Origin: Eledone cirrhosa
Lineage: Eukaryota
Direction of reading: 5' to 3'
NCBI GenBank assembly: GCA_964016885.1
Contig: OZ024747.1
Coordinates: 42,532,001 to 42,596,000 of the forward strand
DNA: 64,000 nt
Position numbers and translations under genes: made by a program. The notes under the pieces are model-generated. The model ran no database searches. It was not told the DNA's origin and saw only the letters and a program-made list of their open reading frames with translations. Positions 1-13,909 of this stretch are shown here, one piece after another (position 1 is the first letter of the stretch; every line of letters starts with the position of its first letter).

Positions 1-68
1 AGAATCTTAAACATTGATTCATAAACCTTGGACACACGATCACATTGATTCCAGTCTCGAAGATCAGC
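1..68 (-). CDS. SNTG1: Gamma-syntrophin-like exon, truncated by window edge (ADLRDWNQCDRVSKVYESMFKIL...)
   Basis: TTTCAG acceptor ending at 69, phase 0. DW......VYE.M.KIL is the expected continuation of PH2. Confidence 0.85.
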
Positions 69-1054
69 CTGAAATACAGCATAATAGCAGAGTTACATCA
101 ACAAACAACTAGCAGACAATGATGGCCAGAAAAAATAAAGAAAACACAAATGGAAAAAGATTATTTATATTTTACCATATTATGTCTTACATTGGTTGAA
201 TTGTTAAAGCATTTATTCTTGCATCTTACATGGTGTTCAAATCCTGTCATGGTCAACTTTGCTCTTCATCCTTCCAGGGTCAATAAAATAAAATACCAGT
301 AAAAAACTGGGGTTGATATAATTGACTTTCTGCTCTCCCAAATTGCTGGCATTGTGCCAAAATTAGAAACCATTATTGTTTATATCTAATTTAGGATGAC
401 AAATTAAGGCTACATCATGCATTAAATATATTATTATTGTATTGCTCTCATATGATTCTTTTCATATATGTAAGGTGGTCATGTTGGTATATAAGACAAA
501 AAGCATTTGGTCCTCCTTCTAATGTTGGTGAAAATGTTAGGTGGGTGTGGGTGGTGGTAGAGTTGGTATTGGTGGTTGTGATGAGGCTGATCATGAAGGT
601 ATTTATGTCTACATAAAAGTGTTATCTGCTATAAACAAAGAGATAAACCAATCAATAATTAATATTGGAAATTAATCTCTGTTCTATATACTTAAGGACT
701 GCTTTCTTTTCATTATTTATTTTGGATTTCACTCGGCTCTAGTAGCCAATAAAGAAGTCATTATTTCTCATTCTTTCTCTACAAATATTATTTAACACCT
801 ATTTTGAACACCTTGTTAAAAGGATTTACAAAGCTTTTAACTATTTTTATGAGAAAATAAAATTTTTTATGATGTAAACAACAACAAGTTTTATATCAAA
901 ATTTTTATAACAAGAAAACTGATAAGAAACATAAAAGTTAATCACAAAACCTTCTCATTTAATTCAAGTAACAAGTTTAAAAAAAAACTAAAAACAAAAC
1001 AAAAAAAATGGTAATCTTATAAACAGGAATTTGTTGTTTCTTTTAGATTTTCAT

Positions 1055-1265
1055 CTGTGTCTGTGTATAATAGGTGTGTGTGTATAATATATCTGTCTGT
1101 ATATAATATGCCTGTGCATAATATATCAGTGCATCTGTGTATATTATATATGTGTGTGTGTATACAATATGTCTCTTGTGTCTGTGTATAATATATCAGT
1201 GTGTCTATGTATAATATATGTGTGTGTCTGTGTATAATATGTGTGTGTGTCTGTGTATAATATAT
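1055..1265. repeat. Degenerate ~20-28-bp tandem repeat (TGTGTCTGTGTATAATATA)
   Basis: Directly visible. Confidence 0.8.
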
Positions 1266-1319
1266 CACAAGAAACAAATGACTGCTAATCACGATTTTAC
1301 TAAAAGCAACAGTTTTTCG

Positions 1320-4300
1320 GAGCAGACAAATATATTACATTAGTAATACTGCTAGCAATATCTGTCAGACATATATATTACATTGGTAATACTGCTAGCA
1401 ATATCTGTCAGACAAATATATTACATTAGTAATACTGCTAGCAATATCTGTCAGACATATATATATTACATTAGTAATACTGCTAGCAATATCTGTCAGA
1501 CATATATATTACATTGGTAATACTGCTAGCAATATCTGTCAGACATATATATATTACATTAGTAATACTGCTAGCAATATCTGTCAGACATATATAATAC
1601 ATTGGTAATACTGCTAGCAATCTCTGTCAGACATATATATATTACATTAGTAATACTGCTAGCAATATCTGTCTGACATATATATATTACATTAGTAATA
1701 CTGCTAGCAATATCTGTCAGACATATATATTACATTAGTAATACTGCTAGCAATATCTGTCAGACACATATATATTACATTAGTAATACTGCTAGCAATA
1801 TCTGTCAGACATATATATATTACATTAGTAATACTGTTAGCAATATCTGTCAGACATATATACTACATTAGTAATACTGCTAGCAATATCTGTCAGACAT
1901 ATATATTACATTAGTAATACTGCTAGCAATATCTGTCAGACATATATATATTACATTGGTAATACTGCTAGCAATATCTGTCTGACATATATATATTACA
2001 TTAGTAATACTGCTAGCAATATCTGTCAGACATATATATATTACATTAGTAATACTGCTAGCAATATCTGTCAGACATATATATATTACATTAGTAATAC
2101 TGCTAGCAATATCTGTCTGACATATATATAATACATTGGTAATACCGCTAGCAATATCTGTCAGACATATATATATTACATTAGTAATACTGCTAGCAAT
2201 ATCTGTCAGACATATATATATTACATTAGTAATACTGCTATCAATATCTGTCAGACATATATATATTACATTAGTAATACTGCTAGCAATATCTGTCAGA
2301 CATATATATATTACATTAGTAATACTGCTAGCAATATCTGTCAGACATATATATATTACATTAGTAATACTGCTAGCAATATCTGTCAGACATATATATA
2401 TTACATTAGTAATAATGCTAGCAATATCTGTCAGACATATATATATTACATTAGTAATACTGCTAGCAATATCTGTCAGACATATATATTACATTAGTAA
2501 TACTGCTAGCAATATCTGTCAGACATATATATTACATTAGTAATACTGCTAGCAATATCTGTCAGACATATATATTACATTAGTAATACTGCTAGCAATA
2601 TCTGTCAGACATATATATATATTCTAGTCGATCGACTTTCGTCAAATCGGACCGAGGAAACTATGTTTCCGTTGGTCTTTCCAATTGCTAATACTATCTA
2701 TCGGTCGCAACTCCAGGTAAACATATATATTACATTAGTAATACTGCTAGCAATATCTGTCAGACATATATATTACATTAGTAATACTGCTAGCAATATC
2801 TGTCAGACATATATATTACATTAGTAATACTGCTAGCAATATCTGTCAGACATATATATTACATTAGTAATACTGCTAGCAATATCTGTCAGACATATAT
2901 ATATATATATATTACATTAGTAATACTGCTAGCAATATCTGTCAGACATATATATTACATTAGTAATACTGCTAGCAATATCTGTCAGACATATGTATTA
3001 CATTAGTAATACTGGTAGCAATATCTGTCAGACATATATATTACATTAGTAATACTGCTAGCAATATCTATCAGACATATATATTACATTAGTAATACTG
3101 CTAGCAATATCTGTCAGACATATATATTACATTAGTAATACTGCTAGCAATATCTGTCAGACATATATATTACATTAGTAATACTGCTAGCAATATCTGT
3201 CAGACATATATATATATATATATTACATTAGTAATACTGCTAGCAATATCTGTCAGACATATATATTACATTAGTAATACTGCTAGCAATATCTGTCAGA
3301 CATATGTATTACATTAGTAATACTGGTAGCAATATCTGTCAGACATATATATTACATTAGTAATACTGCTAGCAATATCTGTCAGACACATATATATTAC
3401 ATTAGTAATACTACTAGCAATATCTGTCAGACATATATAATACATTGGTAATACTGCTAGCAATATCTGTCAGACATATATATTACATTAGTAATACTGC
3501 TAGCAATATCTGTCAGACATATATATATATATATTACATTAGTAATACTGCTAGCAATATCTGTCAGACATATATATTACATTAGTAATACTGCTAGCAA
3601 TATCTGTCAGACATATGTATTACATTAGTAATACTGGTAGCAATATCTGTCAGACATATATATTACATTAGTAATACTGCTAGCAATATCTGTCAGACAC
3701 ATATATATTACATTAGTAATACTACTAGCAATATCTGTCAGACATATATAATACATTGGTAATACTGCTAGCAATATCTGTCAGACATATATATTACATT
3801 AGTAATACTGCTAGCAATATCTGTCAGACACATATATATTATATTAGTAATACTACTAGCAATATCTGTCAGACATATATAATACATTGGTAATACTGCT
3901 AGCAATATCTGTCAGACATATATATTACATTAGCAATACTGCTATCAATATCTGTCAGACATATATATATTACATTGGTAATACTGCTAGCAATATCTGT
4001 CAGACATATATATAATACATTAGTAATACTGCTAGCAATATCTGTCAGACATATATAATACATTGGTAATACTGCTAGCAATATCTGTCAGACATATATA
4101 TTACATTAGTAATACTGCTAGCAATATCTGTCAGACATATATATTACATTAGTAATACTGCTAGCAATATCTGTCAGACATATATATTACATTAGTAATA
4201 CTGCTAGCAATATCTGTCAGACATATATATTACATTAGTAATACTGCTAGCAATATCTGTCAGACATATATATTACATTAGTAATACTGCTAGCAATATC

Positions 4301-5290
4301 TGTCTGACATATATATATTACATTAGTAATACTGCTAGCAATATCTGTCAGACATATATATATATATATATTACATTAGTAATACTGCTAGCAATATCTG
4401 TCAGACATATATATTACATTAGTAATACTGCTAGCAATATCTGTCAGACATATGTATTACATTAGTAATACTGGTAGCAATATCTGTCAGACATATATAT
4501 TACATTAGTAATAATGCTAGCAATATCTGTCAGACATATATATGTATATATATTCCATTAGTAATACTGCTAGGAATATCTGTCAGACATATATAATACA
4601 TTGGTAATACTGCTAGCAATATCTGTCAGACATATATATTACATTAGTAATACTGCTAGCAATATCTGTCAGACACATATATATTACATTAGTAATACTA
4701 CTAGCAATATCTGTCAGACATATATAATACATTGGTAATACTGCTAGCAATATCTGTCAGACATATATATTACATTAGTAATACTGCTAGCAATATCTGC
4801 AAGACATATATATTACATTAGTAATACTGCTAGCAATATCTGTCAGACATATATAATACATTAGTAATACTGCTAGCAATATCTGTCAGACATATATATT
4901 ACATTAGTAATACTGCTAGCAATATCTGTCAGACATATATATTACATTAGTAATACTGCTAGCAATATCTGTCAGACATATATATTACATTAGTAATACT
5001 GCTAGCAATATCTGTCAGACATATATATTGCATTAGTAATACTGCTAGCAATATCTGTCAGACATATATATTACATTAGTAATACTGCTAGCAATATCTG
5101 TCAGACATATATATATTACATTAGTAATACTGCTAGCAATATCTGTCAGACATGTATATTACATTAGTAATACTGCTAGCAATATCTGTCAGACATATAT
5201 ATTACATTAGTAATACTGCTAGCAATATCTTTCTGACATATATATTACATTAATAATACTGCTAGCAATATCTGTCTGACATACTGCTAT
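1320..5290. repeat. Tandem satellite, ~40-42-bp unit ATTACATTAGTAATACTGCTAGCAATATCTGTCAGAC(AT)n, roughly 90-95 copies
   Basis: Directly visible; interrupted once at ~2623-2720. Confidence 0.98.
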
Positions 5291-6675
5291 AGTTAAACTT
5301 GACAATTAAAGAAAACAAACATTGCCTCTAGTAGACAATCTGACAAGGCAGGAAATTGGCAGAGTCACTGGAGCATCACACAGAATGCCTGGCAGTATTC
5401 TCTCTGGCCAAGATAAGCTTTGCTTTTCATTTTTTCAGAGAAGTTGATAACTAAAGTAAATACATTCGGGAAAAGTCATTTTATCCATAACACACAAAAA
5501 AAAAACAAGAAAACTGTTAAATTCACTTTACATTTATCAAAGAGCACAACAAAAATTTTGACATACAAAAGAAAAGTAAATGATATATATAACATGAATT
5601 TAAATTGACTCTTTCATTATGTAATTGCTTTCTTTCGTAAGGATTTTAGATAAACATTTTTTTAAATTATAGAATAAGGGGCAGTTTCAGGTGATTTGGT
5701 ATCAAAAGGGTTGATAAAAGATTATTATATCATAGTCACCACATCCTTATCTTAGCATCCGACTAAAATGATGCTTATTCAGAGTTATTGCCCTGACTCA
5801 GAGGACTATGTCTCACTCATATGTTCCATTTTATCTTTCTATATATAAAATTCTTTCTCTCTCTGTTTGCCTATCTGTCTGTTTGTTTGTTTGTTTGTTT
5901 GTTTCCTTATGCAATCTGAAATGGCTCAACAAAATCAAATCAAATTTTACAATATTAGACCCCGGGATTAACAACCTGTAATTTTTATTTTCATTTGGAT
6001 TAAAACAATATAAAATTTTATCTAAAATACCCTTTTAATAGTCAACTATAGTAAACAACATTTTATAACACGATGACAACAACGTCACATTTTGTATATG
6101 ATTGTGTATGTGTTTGTGAGTGTGTGTGTGTGTTTGTGAGTGTGTATGTGTCTGTGAGTGTGTGTGTGTTTGTGTCTGTGAGTGTGTGTGTGTTTGTGCG
6201 TCTCTTACGTAGTTAGGCCTTGGTAAGTTACATACACATTATCTTCACACACAGAGAATTAAACATACACACACACATCTACACTTACATATACATATGT
6301 GCTGACTGACAAGTATATGTGTGTGAGTGTATGTGAGAGTGTATGTGTGTGTGTGAGTATATGTGTGTGAGTATATGTGAGAGTATGTGTATGAAAATAC
6401 ATTTCTGTGACAACTGACATAATGAACACACACACATCTAAAGAGAGAGAGACACAGAAGGAGAGGTAGAGAGAGAGAGATAAGCCGTTATACAGGGAGA
6501 GATACAATTAAAGCGTTAAATATTCAGAGAGAGAGACGTCCCACAAAAGTCTAGAATCAGCTTAAACTACAGAACAAAGTATCAGTTGAATGTTTAACAA
6601 TATTGTGTTAGCTTTTATAAAGCGTACATATGTATATATGTGTATGTATAAATATATATATATATATATATATAC

Positions 6676-7290
6676 AGAGGGGATCACTAATGTAGGCGGG
6701 AAGCCGCTAGAATTGGTTGAGGACTTCCTGTATTTGGGAGCAAAGATTGGGAATACGGAAGATGATGTGGTTGAGAGGAAGAGCAAAGCCTGGGCGGCGT
6801 GCCACAGCTTGAGATCGTGTGGAAGTCGGACCTTCGTAAAGACCTGAAAATCTGCCTCTTCATTGCTGTAGTGGAGTCTGTGCTGCTGTACTGGTCTGAG
6901 ACTTGGACACTGACCAAGAAACTCACTTAGATGGTGGATGGGTGCTACACGAGAATGCTGAGGATGGCTCTGAACATTAATCAGTATACACTGAGGATGA
7001 AAAACTCAGAGCTGTATGGGAGCCTCCCAAAAGTCAGCTCAAATGTGACACAGAGCAGATTGAGGTTAGCTGGACATGCTCACCGACATCCAGCGTTGAC
7101 ATTGCACTCATTGCTCCTGTGGGAGCCCCTACTTTGAAAACACTGGAAGAGGAAGACCAAGGTTAACGTATGTTGATGCCCTAAGGACAGACACTGGTCT
7201 GTTGGAGACGCAGGACATGGCAGCGATAATGAGGGACAGAGACCGCTGGAGAGAACGCGTCCATGGATCTCGGGAATTTTACCCGCCCTA
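6676..7290 (+). mobile_element. 5'-truncated RTE-clade LINE of a different family
   Basis: LELVEDFLYLG..KSKAWAAC; VESVLLYWSETWTL; DGCYTRMLRMALN; RLRLAGH; frameshifts and a stop. Confidence 0.85.
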
Positions 7291-7899
7291 GAAAAATATA
7301 TATATATATGTGTGTACGTTAGCATATTTACATTTATGTATCAGCTGTGCTAGGGCGAGAAATAAAATTCTAGTTTTATTTTTAATATTTGGCAAGGCCA
7401 TCTGTAACTCACTCGGTATATAAATGAGGCTACTCAGCTGATATGTACTTAAGAAAATACTATATATTTTCAACCATTCAACAGACTGGCAGAGGTATAC
7501 AGTCCTGATGAAGGTTAATGACCCAGAAACATGTTGATTGTTCCTCAAAGCCAATGTTGAACAAACAGGTGACGATCGGTCACCAGCACGGCACAACTTC
7601 AAATCGGGCCGTTTGTTTACAAACGAATTGAACATTATTATTAATGTTCGATATAACCCATACGTACATATGTATATATGTGTATATATATATATATGGG
7701 TATATATATATGTGTGTATGTATGCATACTTACATTTATGTATCAGCTGTACTAGGGCGAGAAATAAAATTCTAATTTTATTTTTTTTTATAAAGTCGTT
7801 TTACAACCAGTCTTTGATTTTACAGAACACAGAAAAAAATTGATACTATTTTAAATTAATCTACGGTGTATATTAATTTAGCTTTTTGAGGATAGTGTC

Positions 7900-8623
7900 A
7901 TGTTATTATTGACCTAATTCAGAATATGAGATGGGAAACAGAAAGGTTAAGACATCAAGAAAGATGATCGCAACTTTCTGAAAGTGTACAGAACCTGAGA
8001 CAGGAAATAGAAAGATTAAAGCAAGAAGAAAGACTATCGCAATAATATGAAAATCACCAAGAGGCAATGACAGTTGCGATGCAAACTCGACGAGCACAAA
8101 CGACTCTTCAAGCCACTATAAACTGGCTAAGAGCTCTGTTTTCATATGATCCATCGAAGATTTATAGAAATAATCCTAAAGTCGCGATTGGTAGCATGGA
8201 TATTACATTTAGTATGTGTTGCTTAGGAGGAAAGGTCAGACTTCGACTGATAGAGAACCCTCCGCCTGTTATCTGTATACTACTTACAGACCGGACTAAC
8301 GAAGCAAACACTTCAGAAGCAATGTTATGCAGTATATTGCTGCATTTCAGATGATGTCCTTTGGAGCTGAAAAAAATCATACTAACTATGGTTATTTCAC
8401 AACATTTAAAATCCAAAGCCAATGCTACCAGTTAATCGGCAGTTTGTTCACCCACCCTAATAAGGAAGTTTTATGATTGTTTTTTTTTTTTATTTCTCTC
8501 TCTTACACACATTACAGTCTCACCTCATACTGTAAACTAGACAATACATCCAATACAGTCGTTTTCTCTTTTATCTGTCTTCTCTTAACTATACTCCCGG
8601 GCGAAGCCGGGTACCTCAGCTAG
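7900..8623 (+). mobile_element. Internally deleted Helitron with RepHel N-terminal remnant
   Basis: MCCLGGKVRL..PPP..LL and AAFQMMSFGA..TFKIQSQCYQLIGSL remnants. 3' hairpin CCCGG-GCGAAG-CCGGG followed by CTAG at 8620-8623. 5' end approximate. Confidence 0.82.
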
Positions 8624-8727
8624 TATTTCAATAAAATGACAATGAATAAAAGATGATTGTATGACAAGAAATATTAAATATTGGGAATATAATATAGAGA
8701 GAATAAGGAAGGAATATCAACACTTAC

Positions 8728-8844
8728 AGGGGGAGTATCAAACAAGAAAATTTCACTTCCTTTTAATGCAAGAAATTTTGCTCTCCAAGCCTGGCATTGT
8801 CGGTTGACCTGAACTTTTTCAAAACACCAACAAACATGAAATAT
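8728..8844 (-). CDS. SNTG1: Gamma-syntrophin-like exon, PH2 start (IFHVCWCFEKVQVNRQCQAWRAKFLALKGSEIFLFDTPP)
   Basis: TAG acceptor and GTAAGT donor, phase 0/0. W..E...FLALKGS...F..PP is the syntrophin PH2 motif. Confidence 0.92.
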
Positions 8845-10846
8845 CTACAAATAAATGATAAAAAAACCACAAAAATATAACGTTTGTGGACTCAAATGAA
8901 TGCAGTATTTATATATCTAAGAGTCTTAGGAGAAGAGGAAGTGAAAGTGCCTGTAGTTACTTAAGGCCCTCCTTAACTAGGTGAAATTTGTTTAGTTGAT
9001 ATTAAAATTTGTGCCAAGCACTAATGATAAATCCATCCACACATCATCATCAACATTATATGTCTGTTTTTCCATTCTTGCATAGATTAAATGGATCTTC
9101 TCTAACACATTTCACTTCTTTTTGCAGTCTTTTGTTTATCTACTTCAAGAAGTCTAGCATGTGATCAGATTTGACTATTACTTTTCATATTTTCCTTGGT
9201 TCTTCCTCTTATGCAGGAGAGTTTTGGAGAGTTTTGTACTTCTTTACCTAACTTATTCTTCATATGCATCACATGTCCACACCAGTAAAATATTTTGTCT
9301 TGCTCGTTTACAGTTGATTTCTCTTATACTTGGTTTTTCTTTCAGTTCATTTGTCTTCTGTTGCTTGAGCACACTAATATTACATATTCTGCAGAGCATG
9401 TTCATCCCACTTCTTTCTGACCGTCACATATCTTTTACATTCAATGCCCATATCCCACAACCACAGTTAGATGGTTGTTTTGATGCCATGATAAAAATCA
9501 CCCAGTCCATATTGTAACATGGTTTGCATTAGGAAGGGCATCCACCTGTAGAAACCAAGCAAAAATACAGGTCACCTGACATCTCATAATGTAACAACCC
9601 ATCTAACCCATGAAAGTGTGGAAGAATTGACATTAAACAATGATGATGATGATGCAGTATCACATTTCATACACAAAGATCATTAAACAGCTCTTCACTC
9701 AGAGAAAAAAGAAGCCCTTTGTTGTTAACAGAGGCAGTAACACACTGACCCTTTCCCACTCTGTTCTTATCCAGGCTTCTAAATGTTTGTAACATCACCT
9801 CCACCACCACTTAGTTCTCAAACTAATATTTAATAAGAAATAAGAAATATTTATTATGAAATAAACAACCATTGTAAAATAATCTTATTTCTAACAGATT
9901 AATATATAAATAAATAAAACTTAGCAATGACCACAGTAGAGAGAGTTTTCACATTACTTAGAAGTTCAAGAGATTGTACACAGCACAAAGCTAAACAGGA
10001 TTAGCCATTAAAGAGACAGGGGAATGTTGCTTGTAATGTTTACTGCAGATGGTTATAATCCTAACATTTGCACAATCAATACACATATTTTTACATAAGA
10101 ATACAATTGTACAATGGTTGACTTCCAAAATTGATTTTTTGCACAGCCAGAAGGTATCATATTTAGAAAGTTTAGGAAATGTGAAGTTGTAGCTGTCATA
10201 TTTTGTTCCCCAAAGTATTAATAAGGTTTTTCTCTACAGCAATGTTATTTTATTTATGGATCCATAAATCCTGATGGAGTCCAAGGGGAACCACAGTGAT
10301 ATATGACATGTCTTGGGAATTTTAAGCTTGGTGAAATCCATCCCCTCTCTAGGACTGAACGCACTTGATTTACTCCATAGGAGAAAGAGAGGGAGTAAAA
10401 AAAAAGATGAAGAATTGATCCAAGGCACAGTTGACCTCAATAGGTTTAAAATTCAGAACACAGAAAGTCAGAAAAAATATCATAAACCATTCTATCCGAT
10501 GTTCTAAAGACACTGACAATTCATCACCTACAGTACTGTTTAGTAAAACTGAAATCTTTAGTCACTTGAGTTTTTTTTCCAGAAAGCTGTGAAATATTGT
10601 TGTCATTAGTTAAGAAATAAATAGAACCTCCTTAATGAATTAGCTCTAGTGAAAGTGGCAATGACAATACCCCATCCCACATTATACATCCCATCTCTTT
10701 TTATACACCCCATCTCTTTTTATATACCCCATCCCACATTACACAACCTGTCCTACATTATAAACTACATCCCACATTTTACACCCTGTCCTACATTACA
10801 CAACCCATTCCACTTCTGTTAGTAGTAAGAACTGGTTAAAACTCAC

Positions 10847-10885
10847 CTGTTCTTCTGGAATTAACATTTTGTTCCATTTGGAAAT
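10847..10885 (-). CDS. SNTG1: Gamma-syntrophin-like 39-nt exon (ISKWNKMLIPEEQ)
   Basis: TTTTCAG acceptor and GTGAG donor, phase 0/0. Fits the PH1-PH2 junction peptide. Confidence 0.82.
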
Positions 10886-11528
10886 CTGAAAATACCATGA
10901 AGATGAAAAGGTAAAATACAAATAAAAAGTAAAAAGAAACATTCTTAAAGAAATGATTTAACAAATGACTAGAATCACCGGAGGTGAACACATAAGATGA
11001 GTATGATAATCAATGTATTGGATATTTCAATCTTGTTAAATCAATCAATGATTTACAGAACTTTCAATTTCCATTATTATCAGGAATAAAAGTACATTTA
11101 ACCTCTCCAATATCCTCCTCCTCCACATTCTTCTCATTCTTGCATCTTATTTTTAGTTATTTTATATATATTTTCATACTAAAAAAGTTAAGTAAAGAAA
11201 ATGTAAATATACTTCAAAGGATACTACATGTATCTATATTCCCCTTGAAGTCAAGTTGTAGTTCAGTCCAATGTCAGCCCTGATTGAACAGACCTACGAT
11301 CAAATAAATTCTAGTCATAACCATTTTGTTGTTCTTTCAGACATAGTGTATCTATGCTCTCACTTTTTTGAAGATAGTAAATTGTGATTTGAAGGAGCTT
11401 TGGCTGCATTGAGTCTCTTCAATTTGTTCATCAAGGCTCTTCAACTGGACCATCAAGGTTAAGTTTTTAGTCTTAGTATATCTTAGTTAAGATTGTGATT
11501 ATATGTAACAATAAACAGGTTTTCTTAC

Positions 11529-11658
11529 TAAATTTCGAAATTGCTGATTAATTCCTTCAGATATGCATTGAATCCATTCTGCTAAGGCTCTTGTGTCTTC
11601 ACATACTACCACACCAGATGTCACACCGTCTACTCCAATAACTTCAAATGCATTAGGT
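11529..11658 (-). CDS. SNTG1: Gamma-syntrophin-like exon (PNAFEVIGVDGVTSGVVVCEDTRALAEWIQCISEGINQQFRNL)
   Basis: CAG acceptor and GTAAG donor, phase 2/0. NAF.V..VDG..SG...C......W...I is the end of PH1. Confidence 0.9.
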
Positions 11659-11944
11659 CTGGATAAAATAGAAAGTTTAAAATGTAAAGAAATACAATAG
11701 CTAAACAATACATCATAGAACAAAACATTCTCATTGATAGATGTCAGGTTCTAGCAACAGCCCTATCAGATTTTGAATATACACTTAACTAGAATGTAGT
11801 AAATGTAGGACCAGTGTTACCATTAGGCCAATTAGATAGCCACCTAGGGTGCAGTTTTCAGAAAGGTACATTACTGAACCTTAAAGGATCATAATTTTAT
11901 ACAAATTTGTATAATTAAATTAAATATACAATAATTTTTTTTGA

Positions 11945-12008
<64 letters not shown>

Positions 12009-13031
12009 GTGGTGAAAATTCCACCATAGAACAGTGAAATATAACTGGAACTGTATCCAGGAGATAAAGGCTTCAGTGGAGGAGACTTTTCCATAGTCAT
12101 TTGAATTTGCAATCTGCTTCCATTAAAGAGAATTATTATAAATTCTACTTAAGAAATTCTCTATATTTAGTCCTGTTCTATAATGATTTAGTGGTTAAAA
12201 GCCTACAAGAGAACATGTAGACTTAATAAGCAATGTGTCACAAGTTAACAAATAGGTTTTATCTCTCTTTAATAATGTCTAGACCAGTATCTAGTTAAGT
12301 TAATGATTTCCCACATTGTATTACCATATTTCACTTGTCTTTAACAATGTCAAAACCATTTCCCTTTCTCACTTGTCAATTTAATGTCTTCCTAAGTCTA
12401 GCCATTTTGTTATATTCCACCTGTCTTTGATAATAAGCAAAATATCACAAGGAAGGAAATAATTACGTTTCACCTGTCTTTAATATTTTCTCTCTCAGAA
12501 AAGTTTAGTCTTCCTGCCAATTTTCTAATGGATTTCAATTAATTTGGAAAATAATCAAGAATTTGGTGGGATTTAGTAATAAAAGTAACTTTCTTATCAA
12601 TCTGGTGTTTAGAGCACAGATTAACAAAGGCTTTTAGAGTGGAAGATTAGACTTTTAGAAAATATATATAATATATATATAAACAACTTAAACTCAACAG
12701 ATTTGTATCATAGAACTAGGGGTAGCTTCAGGCAGTTTGTTGTTAAAAGTGTTAAGTAACTAAATACTGCAGGTACAAAACTGTTTACCATTTCTAGCAT
12801 ACTACTACACTCAAAGCAAGTAAATAAATACATAAAAAATGTATTCCGTGGACAGGTGATGATCTGCATCAACAAAAATGTATTTATTGTTATAAAAGTA
12901 AAAATACTGAGGTTTATATGCCTTTGTGAAAAGAAGTTTCTAATGTTTCAAACACAATCTCTCGTTGGGTAGAGAGAAGTTAGGTGCACCATTTCTGGAT
13001 AATAAGAGACAAGACAAATAAACACACTTGC

Positions 13032-13141
13032 CTAAGTTTGTCAGTTCCTGCCATATGTCGTGTTAAGTAAGCATAAAGGAGTGGAATAGATGTCACATTA
13101 ACCCATTGCTTCTCAAGTTGTAACCAACCTGATGTGTTGCG
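13032..13141 (-). CDS. SNTG1: Gamma-syntrophin-like exon, split PH1 C-terminal part (RNTSGWLQLEKQWVNVTSIPLLYAYLTRHMAGTDKLR)
   Basis: TTTTTTCAG acceptor; donor AG|GCAAGT (GC-AG), phase 0/2. EK.W....IPLL.A....Y/H..GTD.LR resembles gamma-syntrophins. Confidence 0.88.
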
Positions 13142-13240
13142 CTGAAAAAACAGTAAAATGTACAAAATAACTTTGAAGTCCTAACAAAATTGAGATGAAA
13201 AATAAAAAAATAAAACAGAAACAAATAGAAACACTGATAA

Positions 13241-13431
13241 TTGTTTCTACTTTTGACACAAGGCCAGCAATTATCCCAGTGTATTACTGGTACTTTATTT
13301 TATCGACCCCGTAATAAAGAAAGGCAAAGTTAACCTTGGCAGGATTTGAACTCAGAATGGCAAGGGCCGTAACTCTATGCATCAAAGCATGGTGTCCGAC
13401 CCTCTACCGATACTGCCAATCCACCGCCCTC
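13241..13431 (-). mobile_element. tRNA-derived SINE (abundant family) with 14-bp TSD
   Basis: A box TGGCAGTATCGG, B box GAGTTCAAATCC; TSD agaaacactgataa at 13227-13240 and 13432-13445. Confidence 0.9.
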
Positions 13432-13909
13432 AGAAACACTGATAACGATTAGTGATTTGATTTAGTTCCCATTGTCCTTCTCATTGTTATCTGTCTCTTT
13501 ATCTTCATCTTCCTTTTCACTAACAACATTATACAAATTGTGAACATTGTCATCAACATCATGCATCTGTACTGGTATTATACTTTAGCTTCAAATAAGG
13601 TACCAAAATCTCCATTTATATATATTTATATATATATATATATAATCATCATCATTGTTTCAACATCTGCCCCCCCCCCCCCCCCCCCGCTAGCAAGGGT
13701 TGGATGGGTCTATGTAGACCAAGTTAGTATTGAAGCAGTGGTTACTGATCTCCCAAATAAGCCAGGGATCTCTTGTCTTGCTTATGTACAGTCACACATT
13801 CTACTGAGTGGACAGGGGAGGTTGTCATGTCTTTGACACAACTGAGGGTCCTCTTATGTGTCTGTGTGAGTGTGATTGTATTTGTGTAAGTAGAGGATAG
13901 CTTTTCTTT

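Noticed and set aside
1320-5290. CRISPR-like array, and ORFs 2136-2540 and 3899-4081
   Set aside because: No unique spacers and no cas genes in a eukaryotic context; the ORFs arise from 42-bp units.
13241-13431. tRNA genes at A/B-box sites
   Set aside because: No cloverleaf; multiple copies with a shared body and TSDs, so SINEs.
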